Made by a program: the position numbers and the translations under genes
In this document: positions 40,330 to 50,785 of the stretch, one piece after another
Numbering within the stretch: position 1 is the stretch's first letter
How the letters are laid out: each line of letters starts with the position of its first letter
From: an uncultured bacterium
GTDB lineage: Bacteria > Patescibacteriota > Patescibacteriia > CAIQCM01
Assembly (NCBI GenBank): GCA_963708045.1
Contig: OY970181.1
Location: forward strand, 67,740-131,739
DNA: 64,000 nucleotides
Direction of reading: 5' to 3'
Notes under the pieces: generated by a model
Told to the model about the DNA's origin: nothing
What the model saw: the letters and a program-made list of their open reading frames with translations, nothing else
Databases searched by the model: none

Positions 40330-41298
40330 ATGACTAAGCTCTTTTCATCTACCATCATCGCATTCCTAATTCTCGGCATTGGTAACGAGGTTCGCGCCGA
40401 AGTTACGCGCAACCAGCCTGCCGCGGCGGTAAATACCGTCAACGTCACGAACGACCCGCTAAAACAACTTGAGGGTCAAGGGCGTTTTGACATCATTCAG
40501 ATGTCGGCGCCGCCCGCCGAATGGCCGGAGCAGACGTTTGGGCCAACCAAACTCATCCTTGTTCGCTTTGCGAAAGAGTTCAACAGTTATTTAGATATCC
40601 TTAGCGAACTCCAAGTGCGCGGAATGATGCCGGCCAATTACCGCGAGCTGCTTTGCTACGCGGCGCAAGCGCCGGCGGCATACAAAGGCAAATTCACCGT
40701 GGTCGCGTTCGGCTCGTCCGTGGAAATGCCAAGCGGAAAAATTTCGTGGCAAAGCTATGGCGTAAACAACACCGGCAAGCGCTTTCTCTTCTATGTTGTG
40801 GAAGGCGACGGCTGGCCGGAGGAGTTTCTCTATCTTGCCAAGTACCAACCGCCAAAGCCAGACAATCGTCCGGCGAAAAAAACCGTCGTGAGCGCCGCGG
40901 ACTGGAAAAAAATGCAAGAGATCACCGCCATTATTAAGGCGGAGATACTGAAGCACAAAAAGAACGGCACCAACCCCAACAAGTTCGTTAGGAGGGTTGA
41001 GGAAACCACCCTAACCTACCACCTTATCGCGATTGCGGCCTATGATCAGCCAAAGACGCTTGCGCAAGCAAACGAACTCGCCGAGGTGCCCGAGGATTTC
41101 GTTTTAGGAAAAGCAATGTTTGAATTCAATGTCATCCAAGGCAATGAAACGAAATTGACCATCGGATGTTTTATTGAGCACTGCAGAAAGCGAACCGTTC
41201 ATATCCCGCTCACAATGGAAGGAATGGGGATCACCGACGCGCCGATTCTAATAGACATTGATTACTCAACGCGGCTCATCCCTATCCCCACACAGTGA
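40330..41298 (+). CDS. Secreted hypothetical protein with DGR-target-like domain
   Basis: Signal peptide; LVRF...PANYRELL.Y..QAP..F.VVAFGS pattern; GGAGG SD. Confidence 0.7.
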   Translation: MTKLFSSTIIAFLILGIGNEVRAEVTRNQPAAAVNTVNVTNDPLKQLEGQGRFDIIQMSAPPAEWPEQTFGPTKLILVRFAKEFNSYLDILSELQVRGMMPANYRELLCYAAQAPAAYKGKFTVVAFGSSVEMPSGKISWQSYGVNNTGKRFLFYVVEGDGWPEEFLYLAKYQPPKPDNRPAKKTVVSAADWKKMQEITAIIKAEILKHKKNGTNPNKFVRRVEETTLTYHLIAIAAYDQPKTLAQANELAEVPEDFVLGKAMFEFNVIQGNETKLTIGCFIEHCRKRTVHIPLTMEGMGITDAPILIDIDYSTRLIPIPTQ

Positions 41299-41332
41299 CC
41301 GTCTTGACCGACAACGCAAAGGAGACGACACA

Positions 41333-41587
41333 ATGACAAAGATCTTTTCGGTACAGTTTGAATTGCCGCTACCCGAGCGAGACCACATACCGCCAAACGC
41401 TGCCTTTGAACAACAGAAAGAGAACGATAAAAAACGGGTGTTGGGCGACTTGGAGCAAGGAATCAACACCTTCGTGAAATCGCTCAAAAAAGAAGAATTC
41501 GTTGGGATTCAGTGGCTCCAAACCACAACAGTGAATACATACGGATCTTTTGTCCAACTGACTGCGATTGTGACGTACACGTTCTGA
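41333..41587 (+). CDS. Small hypothetical protein
   Basis: AAGGAG SD before MTKIFSV; ends QLTAIVTYTF. Confidence 0.6.
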   Translation: MTKIFSVQFELPLPERDHIPPNAAFEQQKENDKKRVLGDLEQGINTFVKSLKKEEFVGIQWLQTTTVNTYGSFVQLTAIVTYTF

Positions 41588-41952
41588 GCCACACCTCGCA
41601 CTCTCGACCAAAACGCCTACCACTTCGGTGGTGGGCGTTTTTATTTTTTCTTGTTTTCCGATCAAACCAAGAGCGTTCCTTTTTCTTCCAACTTTTCCCG
41701 ATCGGGAAAAGTTGGAAGAAAAATATTTTAATAAAATTATCAAGAATGTCCACTATAACGGCAAACTGGCATAGCCACTTATTTGGATAAACAAAAAACC
41801 ACCCCGATTAAAGGTTGATCTTTTTTTGCTGAGCCGATCTCAGTCAAAATAGGTAAGCCAAGTTTGTATCATTGACAACCTTGCCGTTGAGGTTCATCGT
41901 CTAGTCAACGATCAACACAATCGTTCTTTCAACAACCAAAAGGAGCGGGGCC

Positions 41953-42693
41953 ATGAAAGTAACAAATTTGTTTTCGCAAATTTTCCTGACAAGCGCATTC
42001 CTTATATTTCTCTCCGATGGAATCAAGGCCGACGAACCAACAATTGAAACCGACACCGATTTTGTTGAAACCTCTTTGAATACAGAGCCATCAATCACTG
42101 TCTACCCAACATTCAGGCACGACGCTCGTCCGGTCAACATTGATGGTTACGGTATCTATTCAACTTTTGGTATATCCAAGGAGATCGTCAAAGTTGACGA
42201 CAACGGTAGTGTTTCATTTAGTCCCTGGTCATGCCGAGAAGATTATTGTCTATTATTTTGCTTATATTGGCATGTTTTACGCCGACAATTTGACCAAATC
42301 ATTGACCTGAGTCAGGCCGACGGCATTGAAGTAACTATCAATGTTGAAAAACCTCTAAAAGTCAATGTAAAGAGGGATGGAAAATGTAGGACGCACTTGC
42401 GTGTCGTACTCTGCGATCGTGATAAAACGCTCACCGGTCGTAGAAATAACAACTTTGACAACCAATGGATTTTTGACCTACCAAAGTCAGTTCTCTATGA
42501 GAAGCATTCTGTCACTTTGAGGGTTCCATTTAGCAAGCTTCGCAAGCCGAGTCAGGACGAAAAAGGATCGAGAATAAGTTCCCTGCGTCGTTTCCGGCCG
42601 ACATATACAACGGCATACGAAATTGCGATTATTGGAATCAGCTGGAACGATTTTGGAATCACTAGCGTAATTACCTACAAGGACAAGAAATAA
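41953..42693 (+). CDS. Secreted hypothetical protein
   Basis: AAGGAG SD, signal peptide, beta-rich body. Confidence 0.7.
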   Translation: MKVTNLFSQIFLTSAFLIFLSDGIKADEPTIETDTDFVETSLNTEPSITVYPTFRHDARPVNIDGYGIYSTFGISKEIVKVDDNGSVSFSPWSCREDYCLLFCLYWHVLRRQFDQIIDLSQADGIEVTINVEKPLKVNVKRDGKCRTHLRVVLCDRDKTLTGRRNNNFDNQWIFDLPKSVLYEKHSVTLRVPFSKLRKPSQDEKGSRISSLRRFRPTYTTAYEIAIIGISWNDFGITSVITYKDKK

Positions 42694-42914
42694 TCCAACT
42701 AGCGTGCCACGCCGACATCTAGAGCGCCTGCCACTTCGGTGACGGGCGCTTTCTTATATAAACAAAATCGGGAATATTTATTTTTTCTTCCAACTTTTAC
42801 CGATCGGTAAAAGTTGGAAGAAAATATTTTAATAAAATTATCAAGAATAATATTAACGAAAAACGGCCGCTCCGATGATTATCGGGGCGGCCGTTTGATG
42901 AGATTCCGCTTGCG

Positions 42915-43451
42915 CTACGTATTGAGTTGGTAGGTGAGCGGCACGATCAAACTGAAGTTTTCCCGTTTCCAGGACATTTCGCCGACCGCGTTGTAAAGCA
43001 GACCAATGCCGATTGCGAAGTTGTTGACCCTGATGCCGTAGGGCACGACGTAAACACCAAGAACGATGTCGGCCGAGGTCTGCGGTTTTTGCACTTGAAA
43101 ACCGGCGCCCCATTCCCAAAAGGAAATGCTCACGACTTCGTTTTTGCCATCAGCGCCGCGATAGCTAGTCCTTTTTAGGTATTGCAGATTTGAACTGTGC
43201 AGTTCAAGCGCCGCCGCCTTATCAAGCAGGCCGATCCTGGCCGTCTCCATATTGATGGACAGAGCCGAAAGCGCCGGACCAATGCTAAAGTACGGCCGCC
43301 AACCAGCGCGGCAAAAACTCGGCGCACCGGCCTTGTTTAGGTCGCGATCGGCTGGGCATTCTTCCGCCAATGCCATTTGTGGCAAGAGCAGTGCAGCGAA
43401 CGCCACAACCAAGAACAAACGAGAACGAATTAAATGCCAAAGAACGGACAT
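42915..43451 (-). CDS. Secreted beta-strand-rich hypothetical protein
   Basis: AGGAGG SD, signal peptide ending ALA, amphipathic strands. Confidence 0.7.
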   Translation of the reverse strand: MSVLWHLIRSRLFLVVAFAALLLPQMALAEECPADRDLNKAGAPSFCRAGWRPYFSIGPALSALSINMETARIGLLDKAAALELHSSNLQYLKRTSYRGADGKNEVVSISFWEWGAGFQVQKPQTSADIVLGVYVVPYGIRVNNFAIGIGLLYNAVGEMSWKRENFSLIVPLTYQLNT

Positions 43452-43813
43452 GGTGCCTCCTACTGTTTTACCCGTCTTAGTTCAGATCACCCGATCTGAA
43501 CTAAGGTAAGGGTTTCCGACCGCATCTAAACAATTTGTCGTAAAAATGTCAACCAATTGCACTTGATAAACCTTGCTATCAGATCCAGTATGTGCAAATT
43601 TTGCACATACTGAGTCGGTGCCCAGATCATTGTCTTTAAAGATATTGCAAATACGTTTAGTAATCAAAAAACACAAGCAGATAACACAAAAGAGACTAAT
43701 AACAAAAGACCACCCCGATTAAAGGGTGATCTTTTTTGCTGAGCCGACCTCGGTTCAAGTAGGCAAGCGAAGTTGAGCTTCGCCGTCACTCTTAGAACCG
43801 AGCTGAGCTCGGG

Positions 43814-43888
43814 TAGCCCCAACCGGATTCGAACCGGTGTACCCAGAATGAAAATCTGGTGTCCTAGGCCGGACTAGACGATGGGGCC
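43814..43888 (-). tRNA. tRNA-Glu(TTC)
   Basis: Reverse complement GGCCCCATCGTCTAG...CCAGA-TTTTCAT-TCTGG...GGTTCGAATCC...TGGGGCTA. Confidence 0.95.
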
Positions 43889-44085
43889 TTATTGGCACGT
43901 GGCACGTGGCTCGTGGCTTTTGGCAAATGGACTCCGCCTTATACCGTACGTTCTCTGCCGGTTTTGCTACGTGCCATGTGCTATATGCTATGTGCTATTA
44001 GCCAACGAAGGGTATTCTTACATAAACTAAAAGATATTTCAAGAGGTGATCCGCGCCAATGATATTTAATGAAATAATTTGCTTT

Positions 44086-46680
44086 TTACGCCTCTTCTGG
44101 CGAAAAGCGGGTTTTAATAAACTGGGCCAAGAGGAAATACAAGACAATCATTATTGCTAAGGCAATCCAGTACAAAAACGGTAGCGGAACAAAGCCTAGC
44201 GTTGCGGCGAGTGGCGAATAGGGCAATAAAATTCCGATGATCACCGCACCCGTAGTCGTAAAGGTCAGCGCTTTGCTGGCGCGACTTTGGAAGAACGGCA
44301 ATTTGCCAGTGCGAAGAACGTGAATAATAAGCGTCTGGCTCACGATAGATTCCACAAACCAGCCGGTATGAAAAAGCGCAGGGTTGGCCCAAGCGTTAAA
44401 AACAAAAATCATTAACCCGAAGGTAAGGTAGTCAAAAAGCGAGCTAACGGGTCCAATGCGATAAATAAATTTTTCAATAGCTTTAATGTTCCACTGGCGC
44501 GGCTTTTTAATATATTCTTCATCAACGGCGTCGGTGGGGATTCCAATTTGCGAAAAGTCATAGAGCAAATTATTGACAATAATCTGAAGCGGTAACATCG
44601 GCAAAAACGGCAAGAAAATACTTGCGCCAATGACACTAAACATATTGCCAAAATTTGAGCTCGCGGCCATTTTTAAATATTTCACGATGTTGCCAAAAAC
44701 TTTGCGACCTTCACGCACGCCGTTTGCAAGCACGGACAAACTTTTTTCCAAAAGAATAATGTCCGACGATTCTTTGGCAATGTCCACGGCGTCGTCAACG
44801 GAAATACCAACATCAGCCGCGCGCAAAGCCGGCGCGTCGTTGATGCCGTCGCCCAAATAACCAACCGTGTGCCCAGCGGATTTGAGCGCGCGAATGATTC
44901 GTTCTTTGTCGGGCGGCGTCAGTTTGTAAAAAACATTGGCCACGGTCGCGGCGGCGGCCAATTCTTTTTCGCTCATTTTTTCAATTTGCTCGCCCGAAAG
45001 CGCGCCCGTTACCGGCAAATTAACTTCGCGGCAAATTTTATCGGTAACCAGCTCGTTGTCGCCGGTCAAAATTTTTACGGCCACGCCAAGCTCCTCCAAT
45101 TTACGAAGGGCGGCACCAGAAGACGGCTTGGGCGGATCCAAAAACGCCAAAAAGCCAACAAGCGTCATCCCCTTTTCGTCGGCAACGGAATATTCTTTTT
45201 CCTCGCGTTCAAGTTCGCGCACGGCAACCGCGATCATCCTAAACCCGTCGTTATTCATTTTTGCCAAAATTTTATTTTTAAATTCGTGATGTGCTTTTTT
45301 AATCAAGCTTACCGTCTTGCCGTCTTTTACCTTACTGCAAACCGCAAGCACTTCTTCCACCGCTCCTTTTGTAATAATTAGCGTTTTCCCGGCCTGTGAT
45401 TTTACGACGACCGACATTCGTCGGCGAATAAAATCAAAAGGCATTTCATTAAGCTTAGTATAACTTTTGGCAATTGCGCGTTCCGATGGATCAAAACGCA
45501 GCACCGCCTCGTCCAGCATATTTTTTAAACCGGTTTGGAAAAAACTATTGACCGTCGCAAGTTCAAGCACCGATTTTTCTTCTTTGCCACAAATATCCAT
45601 ATATTTAATAAGCGCGACGCGGCCGTCGGTGAGCGTACCGGTTTTGTCGGTGCACAAAATATCCATTGCGCCAAAATTTTGAATGGCGTTTAACCGTTTA
45701 ACAATAACTTTATACGACGACATTTTGATCGCGCCCTTGGAAAGGTTTACCGTCACGATCATCGGCAGGAGCTCCGGAGTTAGGCCAACGGCCACGGCCA
45801 AGGCAAAGAAAAATGCCTCACCCCAATCGCCTTTGCTTAAGCCGTTCGCAATAAAAACCGTCGGCGTTAAAAACAGCATTAGCTTGATCATTAGCCAGGT
45901 GAAATGCTTGATCCCCTTGTCAAAACTCGTGACTTCGCGCAGTTCGGTTAAACGATTTCCAAGCGCACCAAACTTGGTCGCGCCAGCCGTCGCAATTACG
46001 ACCGCGGTGGCCATTCCGTTTTCCACGCTCGTACCCATAAAACAAATATTTGGAAAATCGGTTTCCGCGACCCCGCTCATTGTTTTTTTAAGCAGTGGCG
46101 CTTCCACAATTTTTTCCGCGGCAAACGATTCGCCGGTTAAGGTAGCTTGGTTAACGTACAAATTATGAGACGAAATAAGCCGGACGTCGGCCGGGATCAT
46201 ATCGCCGGCCGTAAGTTCAACAATGTCGCCAGGGACGATCTGACGCAAGGGAATTTCTTTTTTAGTTCCGTTTCGGAGCACAGTCGCGGTCGTATGGACC
46301 ATTCGCTTAAGTTTTTTCGCGGCCAAGTCGGCGCGGTTTTCCTGAAAAAATCGCAAGCCGACGCTTATAACAATCATCAAAACAATTAGAATGGAAGTTT
46401 TTTGGTCGCCGGTAAGATACGAAAGCGCGGCCAAAACGGCAAGCAAAATAACGAGCGGGTTTTTTAAATTTAAAATCAGTGCCCAAAGCCAGTTGTCACG
46501 CTTTTCCGTTTTAATTTCATTAAAGCCGAATTCAAGCCGACGTTTTAATACTTCTGAATGCGTTAAGCCGGAATCGCGAGAGCGCAAACGGCTTAATGCT
46601 TCATTCGCCGCTAGGCTAGAAAATTCCCGAAGGTTTAACGATCCAGCTTTTGACGAATTATTTTTTATCTTTTGCGGCAT
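44086..46680 (-). CDS. mgtA: Magnesium-translocating P-type ATPase
   Basis: TGES, AVGLTPELLP, DKTGTLT, GDGINDAP, ASSNFGNMFS. Confidence 0.95.
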   Translation of the reverse strand: MPQKIKNNSSKAGSLNLREFSSLAANEALSRLRSRDSGLTHSEVLKRRLEFGFNEIKTEKRDNWLWALILNLKNPLVILLAVLAALSYLTGDQKTSILIVLMIVISVGLRFFQENRADLAAKKLKRMVHTTATVLRNGTKKEIPLRQIVPGDIVELTAGDMIPADVRLISSHNLYVNQATLTGESFAAEKIVEAPLLKKTMSGVAETDFPNICFMGTSVENGMATAVVIATAGATKFGALGNRLTELREVTSFDKGIKHFTWLMIKLMLFLTPTVFIANGLSKGDWGEAFFFALAVAVGLTPELLPMIVTVNLSKGAIKMSSYKVIVKRLNAIQNFGAMDILCTDKTGTLTDGRVALIKYMDICGKEEKSVLELATVNSFFQTGLKNMLDEAVLRFDPSERAIAKSYTKLNEMPFDFIRRRMSVVVKSQAGKTLIITKGAVEEVLAVCSKVKDGKTVSLIKKAHHEFKNKILAKMNNDGFRMIAVAVRELEREEKEYSVADEKGMTLVGFLAFLDPPKPSSGAALRKLEELGVAVKILTGDNELVTDKICREVNLPVTGALSGEQIEKMSEKELAAAATVANVFYKLTPPDKERIIRALKSAGHTVGYLGDGINDAPALRAADVGISVDDAVDIAKESSDIILLEKSLSVLANGVREGRKVFGNIVKYLKMAASSNFGNMFSVIGASIFLPFLPMLPLQIIVNNLLYDFSQIGIPTDAVDEEYIKKPRQWNIKAIEKFIYRIGPVSSLFDYLTFGLMIFVFNAWANPALFHTGWFVESIVSQTLIIHVLRTGKLPFFQSRASKALTFTTTGAVIIGILLPYSPLAATLGFVPLPFLYWIALAIMIVLYFLLAQFIKTRFSPEEA

Positions 46681-46739
46681 ATTTACATATCATAACACTT
46701 TGAACCAAATTTTCATTATTGATAAAAAAAATTGACTAG

Positions 46740-46878
46740 CCCCTCCCTTTGGTAAAAGGGAGGGTGCCCGAAAGGGCGGGAGGGTTCTGTTTTGTTACGT
46801 TAGGACGAAACAAACTCCCCGCCTCGTTGGCGGACAAGCCCCTACCCCCCGATGGACATCGGGGGGGGTAAGACAATT
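46740..46878. repeat. REP-like composite homologous to 9066-9180
   Basis: CCTCCCTTTGGTAAAAGGGAGGG...TTACGTTA...GAAAC.AACTCCCC...TAAGACA shared order. Confidence 0.75.
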
Positions 46879-46943
46879 CCAAAATACTTAAACAAAAACA
46901 TCCCTCACTTGTATAAAGTGAGGGATGTTTTTTAAATTTTAAA

Positions 46944-47417
46944 TTATTTTTCTGTTTCGTTTGAAGCGAGCGGGGTTTTACCCATTGCCCTGTCTACAAC
47001 CAACTGAGATTCATTAAATATTCTTACTTCATCAAGATCCCGTTTCATTTTGTCAGCAAAATCATAGTGCATTCCCTCGTCGCCTTTGTCGGTTTTGGTA
47101 AGCGCATATCTCTTTGTGTCGGTATTACCATCAATATCAATTGTTATTTCCATAACAATACCAACCCCTGGTTCTTCTCTAACTTTTGCCGACCAGTTTT
47201 TACCAGGAAGAGTTGTTCCGCTAGTTTCGTTAAAGGTTGAGCCATTTAATTCGTTTAAAACTGACTTTTGTGCGCCTTCTAAAACCGTTTTAGGATTGGT
47301 ATATTTTTCTACGTGCTCTGGAGCAGCTTGTGCGTTGTTTTCCACGCCGACAGCACCGCCAGCGAGGGTTGCGGCAACGGCGGCCGCTTCTATTGTCTTT
47401 CTTCCAAATCCAAACAT
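46944..47417 (-). CDS. Hypothetical exported protein
   Basis: Ala-rich signal-like N-terminus, 157 aa. Confidence 0.7.
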   Translation of the reverse strand: MFGFGRKTIEAAAVAATLAGGAVGVENNAQAAPEHVEKYTNPKTVLEGAQKSVLNELNGSTFNETSGTTLPGKNWSAKVREEPGVGIVMEITIDIDGNTDTKRYALTKTDKGDEGMHYDFADKMKRDLDEVRIFNESQLVVDRAMGKTPLASNETEK

Positions 47418-47571
47418 ATAATTAGTTTCCTTAATTATTAGCGTCCTTAGGTGGACTTTTGTGAATATATACTACCATTTTTTTGGCCTTTTGTCAATTG
47501 GTTGGCTAAAAAAATTTCTTTTTAAAGACTTTTAAAATACTTATGAACAGGTTACCCACCATTCCCCTTTG

Positions 47572-47619
47572 GCACAACATCTTGTGTATAAGTCAAAAAG
47601 ACAACGCTATATATTGGGG
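47572..47619. promoter_or_regulatory. Tandem NrdR boxes
   Basis: GCACAACATCTTGTGT (47572) and ACGCTATATATTGGGG (47604), 32 bp apart, upstream of nrdD; match to acaCwAtATaTwGtg. Confidence 0.8.
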
Positions 47620-47770
47620 TTTTGAAATGTTTGCGTGCGTTCGCGCGCGGGGTTATATTTAGAGGGCGACATAATTTTTAAATGAAACATAAAGCATAAA
47701 ACACGAAGCACTCTTGCGTCCCCGCGGGACGTCCGGATGCTTCATGGTTCATGCTTCATGCCAAATACAT

Positions 47771-49921
47771 ATGACCGAACTTTTAGTAGTAAAACGAGAC
47801 GGCGAAAAAATTCCGTTTGATAAAGAATTTATCGTGAGCGCCGTTACCAAAGCCGCCGAAGCAACAAACGAGTTTGGACCGACCGAAGCGCGTAAGATTG
47901 CCGAGATGGCCGCCCATTTTATTGCTAAATCTAAAAAAATGGCCGAAACGATTGCTGTTGAAGAAATCCAGGACATTGTTGAATTTACTATAATGAGCTC
48001 TGGGCACTTTAAAACCGCCCGCGCTTACATTGTTTACCGCGAACACCGCGCCCAATCCCGCGCCGCCGGCGCCGTGGCGGTTGAAGTTGAAAAGACGATT
48101 AATGAATATTTGCAACAATCCGACTGGCGCGTCCATGAAAACGCCAACCAAAGCTATTCCTTGGGCGGCATGATTCTTAATACTTCTGGCAAGCTGACCG
48201 CTAATTACTGGTTACATCACGTTTATCCGCGCGAAGTCCGCGAAGCACATCTTGAGGGTGATTTTCACATCCATGATCTTTCTATGTTCTCCGGCTATTG
48301 CGCTGGCTGGTCACTGCGACAACTCTTAGAGGAAGGCTTTAACGGCGTTCCGGGCAAAGTTGAATCCGCTCCGCCAAAACACTTAGAAACAGCTGTCGCC
48401 CAAATGGTCAACTTCCTTGGCACTTTGCAAAACGAATGGGCTGGCGCGCAAGCTTTCTCATCTTTTGACACGCTCCTCGCGCCGCTTATTAAAAAAGATA
48501 ATTTGGATTATGACCGCGTTAAGCAGTCGGTTCAACAATTTGTCTTTAACCTTAATGTTCCGTCCCGCTGGGGCACTCAGACGCCATTTACCAATATTAC
48601 GCTTGATTGGGTCTGTCCCGACGACCTAAAGCCGCAACATCCCAAAATTGGTGGTGTTGAAATGCCTTTCACCTACAGCGACTGCCAAAAAGAAATGGAT
48701 ATGCTGAACAAGGCATATATTGAGGTTATGACTGCTGGCGATTATCGCGGCCGCATTTTTACCTTTCCTATTCCAACCTACAACATCACAAAAGATTTTA
48801 ATTGGGACGATGAAAAAGTTAAGCCATTGTTTGAAATGACTGCCAAGTTTGGCACGCCCTACTTCCAAAACTTCATCAATTCAAATTTAAACCCCTCGGA
48901 TGTGCGTTCTATGTGCTGTCGCCTGCAGTTAGACCTGAGACAACTCCGCGCCAAGGGTGGTGGCCTGTTCGGTTCTGGCGAAATGACCGGCTCGGTCGGC
49001 GTTGTTACTATTAATATGCCACGCATCGGCTACCTTTCGCGCACGGAAGCGGAATTCTTTGAACGTCTCGGACGGCTTATGGAGATTGCCAAAGAATCGT
49101 TGGAAATAAAGCGCAACGTTGTAACCGACAGCATTGAACGCGGGCTATTACCATTTACCAAGCGCTATTTACCATCCCTGCACAACCATTTTTCAACAAT
49201 CGGGATAAATGGAATGAACGAAGCTTGTTTAAACTTCCTTGGCAAAGACATTTCAACGTCAGAAGGTAAAGAATTCGCCTTACGCGTTATGGAGTTTATG
49301 CGTAATCGCCTGACCGACTTCCAAGAAAAAACCACCCACTTCTATAATCTGGAAGCAACGCCGGGCGAAGGAATTACCCACCGTTTTGCCAAAGAGGATA
49401 AAGTTCGTTTCCCGGGTATTATTCAGGGCGGCGTTCATGACGCGCCTTACTACACCAATTCCACTCACCTACCAGTTGATCACACGAGCGACCCGCTTGC
49501 AGCATTGGATCACCAAGACGAACTGCAAACTAAATACACTGGCGGCACCGTGCTCCACCTCTTTATGGGCGAACGCGTGACTGACTGGGAAACCTGCCGC
49601 GACTTTGTAAAACGCGTTGCCGAAAATTACCGCCTCCCCTATTTCACCATTACTCCAACCTTTAGCATTTGTCCGACGCATGGTTATCAAAACGGCGAGG
49701 TTCCTGTCTGTGGCGTATGCGGAACGAAGAACGAAATTTGGTCGCGTATTGTCGGCTACTACCGCCCGACCGAGGAATGGAATCACGCAAAAAAGAGCGA
49801 GTACGCCGAACGCGTTGAATACACCATTCCCGCCGCAATCGCTTATGAATGCGAAACTGCTCCTGTCGCTTCCGTTGTTTCTTCCGAATCTGTCAGCGTT
49901 CCGACACAAAGCAACATATAA
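47771..49921 (+). CDS. nrdD: Anaerobic (class III) ribonucleotide reductase
   Basis: ATP cone (VVKRDG), FHIHDL, RSMCCRL, EATPGEG, CPTHG..C..CG, glycyl motif RIVGYYRP. Start at 47771. Confidence 0.95.
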   Translation: MTELLVVKRDGEKIPFDKEFIVSAVTKAAEATNEFGPTEARKIAEMAAHFIAKSKKMAETIAVEEIQDIVEFTIMSSGHFKTARAYIVYREHRAQSRAAGAVAVEVEKTINEYLQQSDWRVHENANQSYSLGGMILNTSGKLTANYWLHHVYPREVREAHLEGDFHIHDLSMFSGYCAGWSLRQLLEEGFNGVPGKVESAPPKHLETAVAQMVNFLGTLQNEWAGAQAFSSFDTLLAPLIKKDNLDYDRVKQSVQQFVFNLNVPSRWGTQTPFTNITLDWVCPDDLKPQHPKIGGVEMPFTYSDCQKEMDMLNKAYIEVMTAGDYRGRIFTFPIPTYNITKDFNWDDEKVKPLFEMTAKFGTPYFQNFINSNLNPSDVRSMCCRLQLDLRQLRAKGGGLFGSGEMTGSVGVVTINMPRIGYLSRTEAEFFERLGRLMEIAKESLEIKRNVVTDSIERGLLPFTKRYLPSLHNHFSTIGINGMNEACLNFLGKDISTSEGKEFALRVMEFMRNRLTDFQEKTTHFYNLEATPGEGITHRFAKEDKVRFPGIIQGGVHDAPYYTNSTHLPVDHTSDPLAALDHQDELQTKYTGGTVLHLFMGERVTDWETCRDFVKRVAENYRLPYFTITPTFSICPTHGYQNGEVPVCGVCGTKNEIWSRIVGYYRPTEEWNHAKKSEYAERVEYTIPAAIAYECETAPVASVVSSESVSVPTQSNI

Positions 49922-50023
49922 CTCGTTCAAAAAACTTTTAACTATTAACTGTTAACTTTTAGTCCTGCTAAGCGGCTAAAAGCAGACCCTAACAGTTATA
50001 AAGTTAAAAGTTAACAGTTCAAA

Positions 50024-50713
50024 ATGAAAATTGCTGGCTTCCAAAAAATTAGTTTGCTGGATTATCCAAAAACACCCTGCGCGATTGTTTTCACGCAGGG
50101 TTGTTCGTTTCGTTGTCGCTTTTGCCATAACCCCGATCTTATTCCAGCGACGGCGCCAAATAGCGTTAATGAGGACGAACTCATCGCCAAACTAAATGCG
50201 CACAAAAAAATGGTTAGTGCCGTCACGATTACGGGCGGCGAGCCAACGCTTCACCCTGACCTTCCTAAATTTATCAAACGCCTTAAAGACGAAGGCTATA
50301 AGGTTAAGTTAGATACGAATGGTACCAACCCAGAAATGGTGGAAAAACTTATTCGCGACGGACTTTTGGACTACCTCGCAATGGACATAAAAAACGATTG
50401 GGAAAATTATGATGCCATAACAAACACCGGCTCGCCCACGGTTTTTGAACGCCCAAAAGAAACTCTTAAGATTATCCAAGATTCTATGGTTGCCCACGAA
50501 TTTCGGACAACGATTCTTCCCGCCGTGCATACGCCGGAAAATTTTATGAAAATCGTGAGCTACCTTAGGCCGGGTGAAAAATATTTTATCCAAGACACGC
50601 GTTTTACCGTTACCCTTGATTCAACCATTTCTCACGAATATGGTTTTGATCTTGACGAGCTAATTAAAAATCTGCGTGCCAAGTATCCCGAGGTTTTGAT
50701 ACAGAAAAGATAG
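50024..50713 (+). CDS. nrdG: Anaerobic RNR activating radical SAM enzyme
   Basis: SLLDYP, GCSFRCRFCHN, GGEPT, KLDTNG; follows nrdD. Confidence 0.93.
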   Translation: MKIAGFQKISLLDYPKTPCAIVFTQGCSFRCRFCHNPDLIPATAPNSVNEDELIAKLNAHKKMVSAVTITGGEPTLHPDLPKFIKRLKDEGYKVKLDTNGTNPEMVEKLIRDGLLDYLAMDIKNDWENYDAITNTGSPTVFERPKETLKIIQDSMVAHEFRTTILPAVHTPENFMKIVSYLRPGEKYFIQDTRFTVTLDSTISHEYGFDLDELIKNLRAKYPEVLIQKR

Positions 50714-50785
50714 ATTTTAAATTTTAAAAATATCTAATATCTAATCCGACGAAACATCATCATCAAAGATTGTCAGCTTTTTCGG

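Noticed and set aside
33600-43800. Prophage or integrative element at tRNA-Glu
   Set aside because: No integrase, structural genes or duplicated tRNA 3' end (att site) found; it looks like piecemeal accretion.
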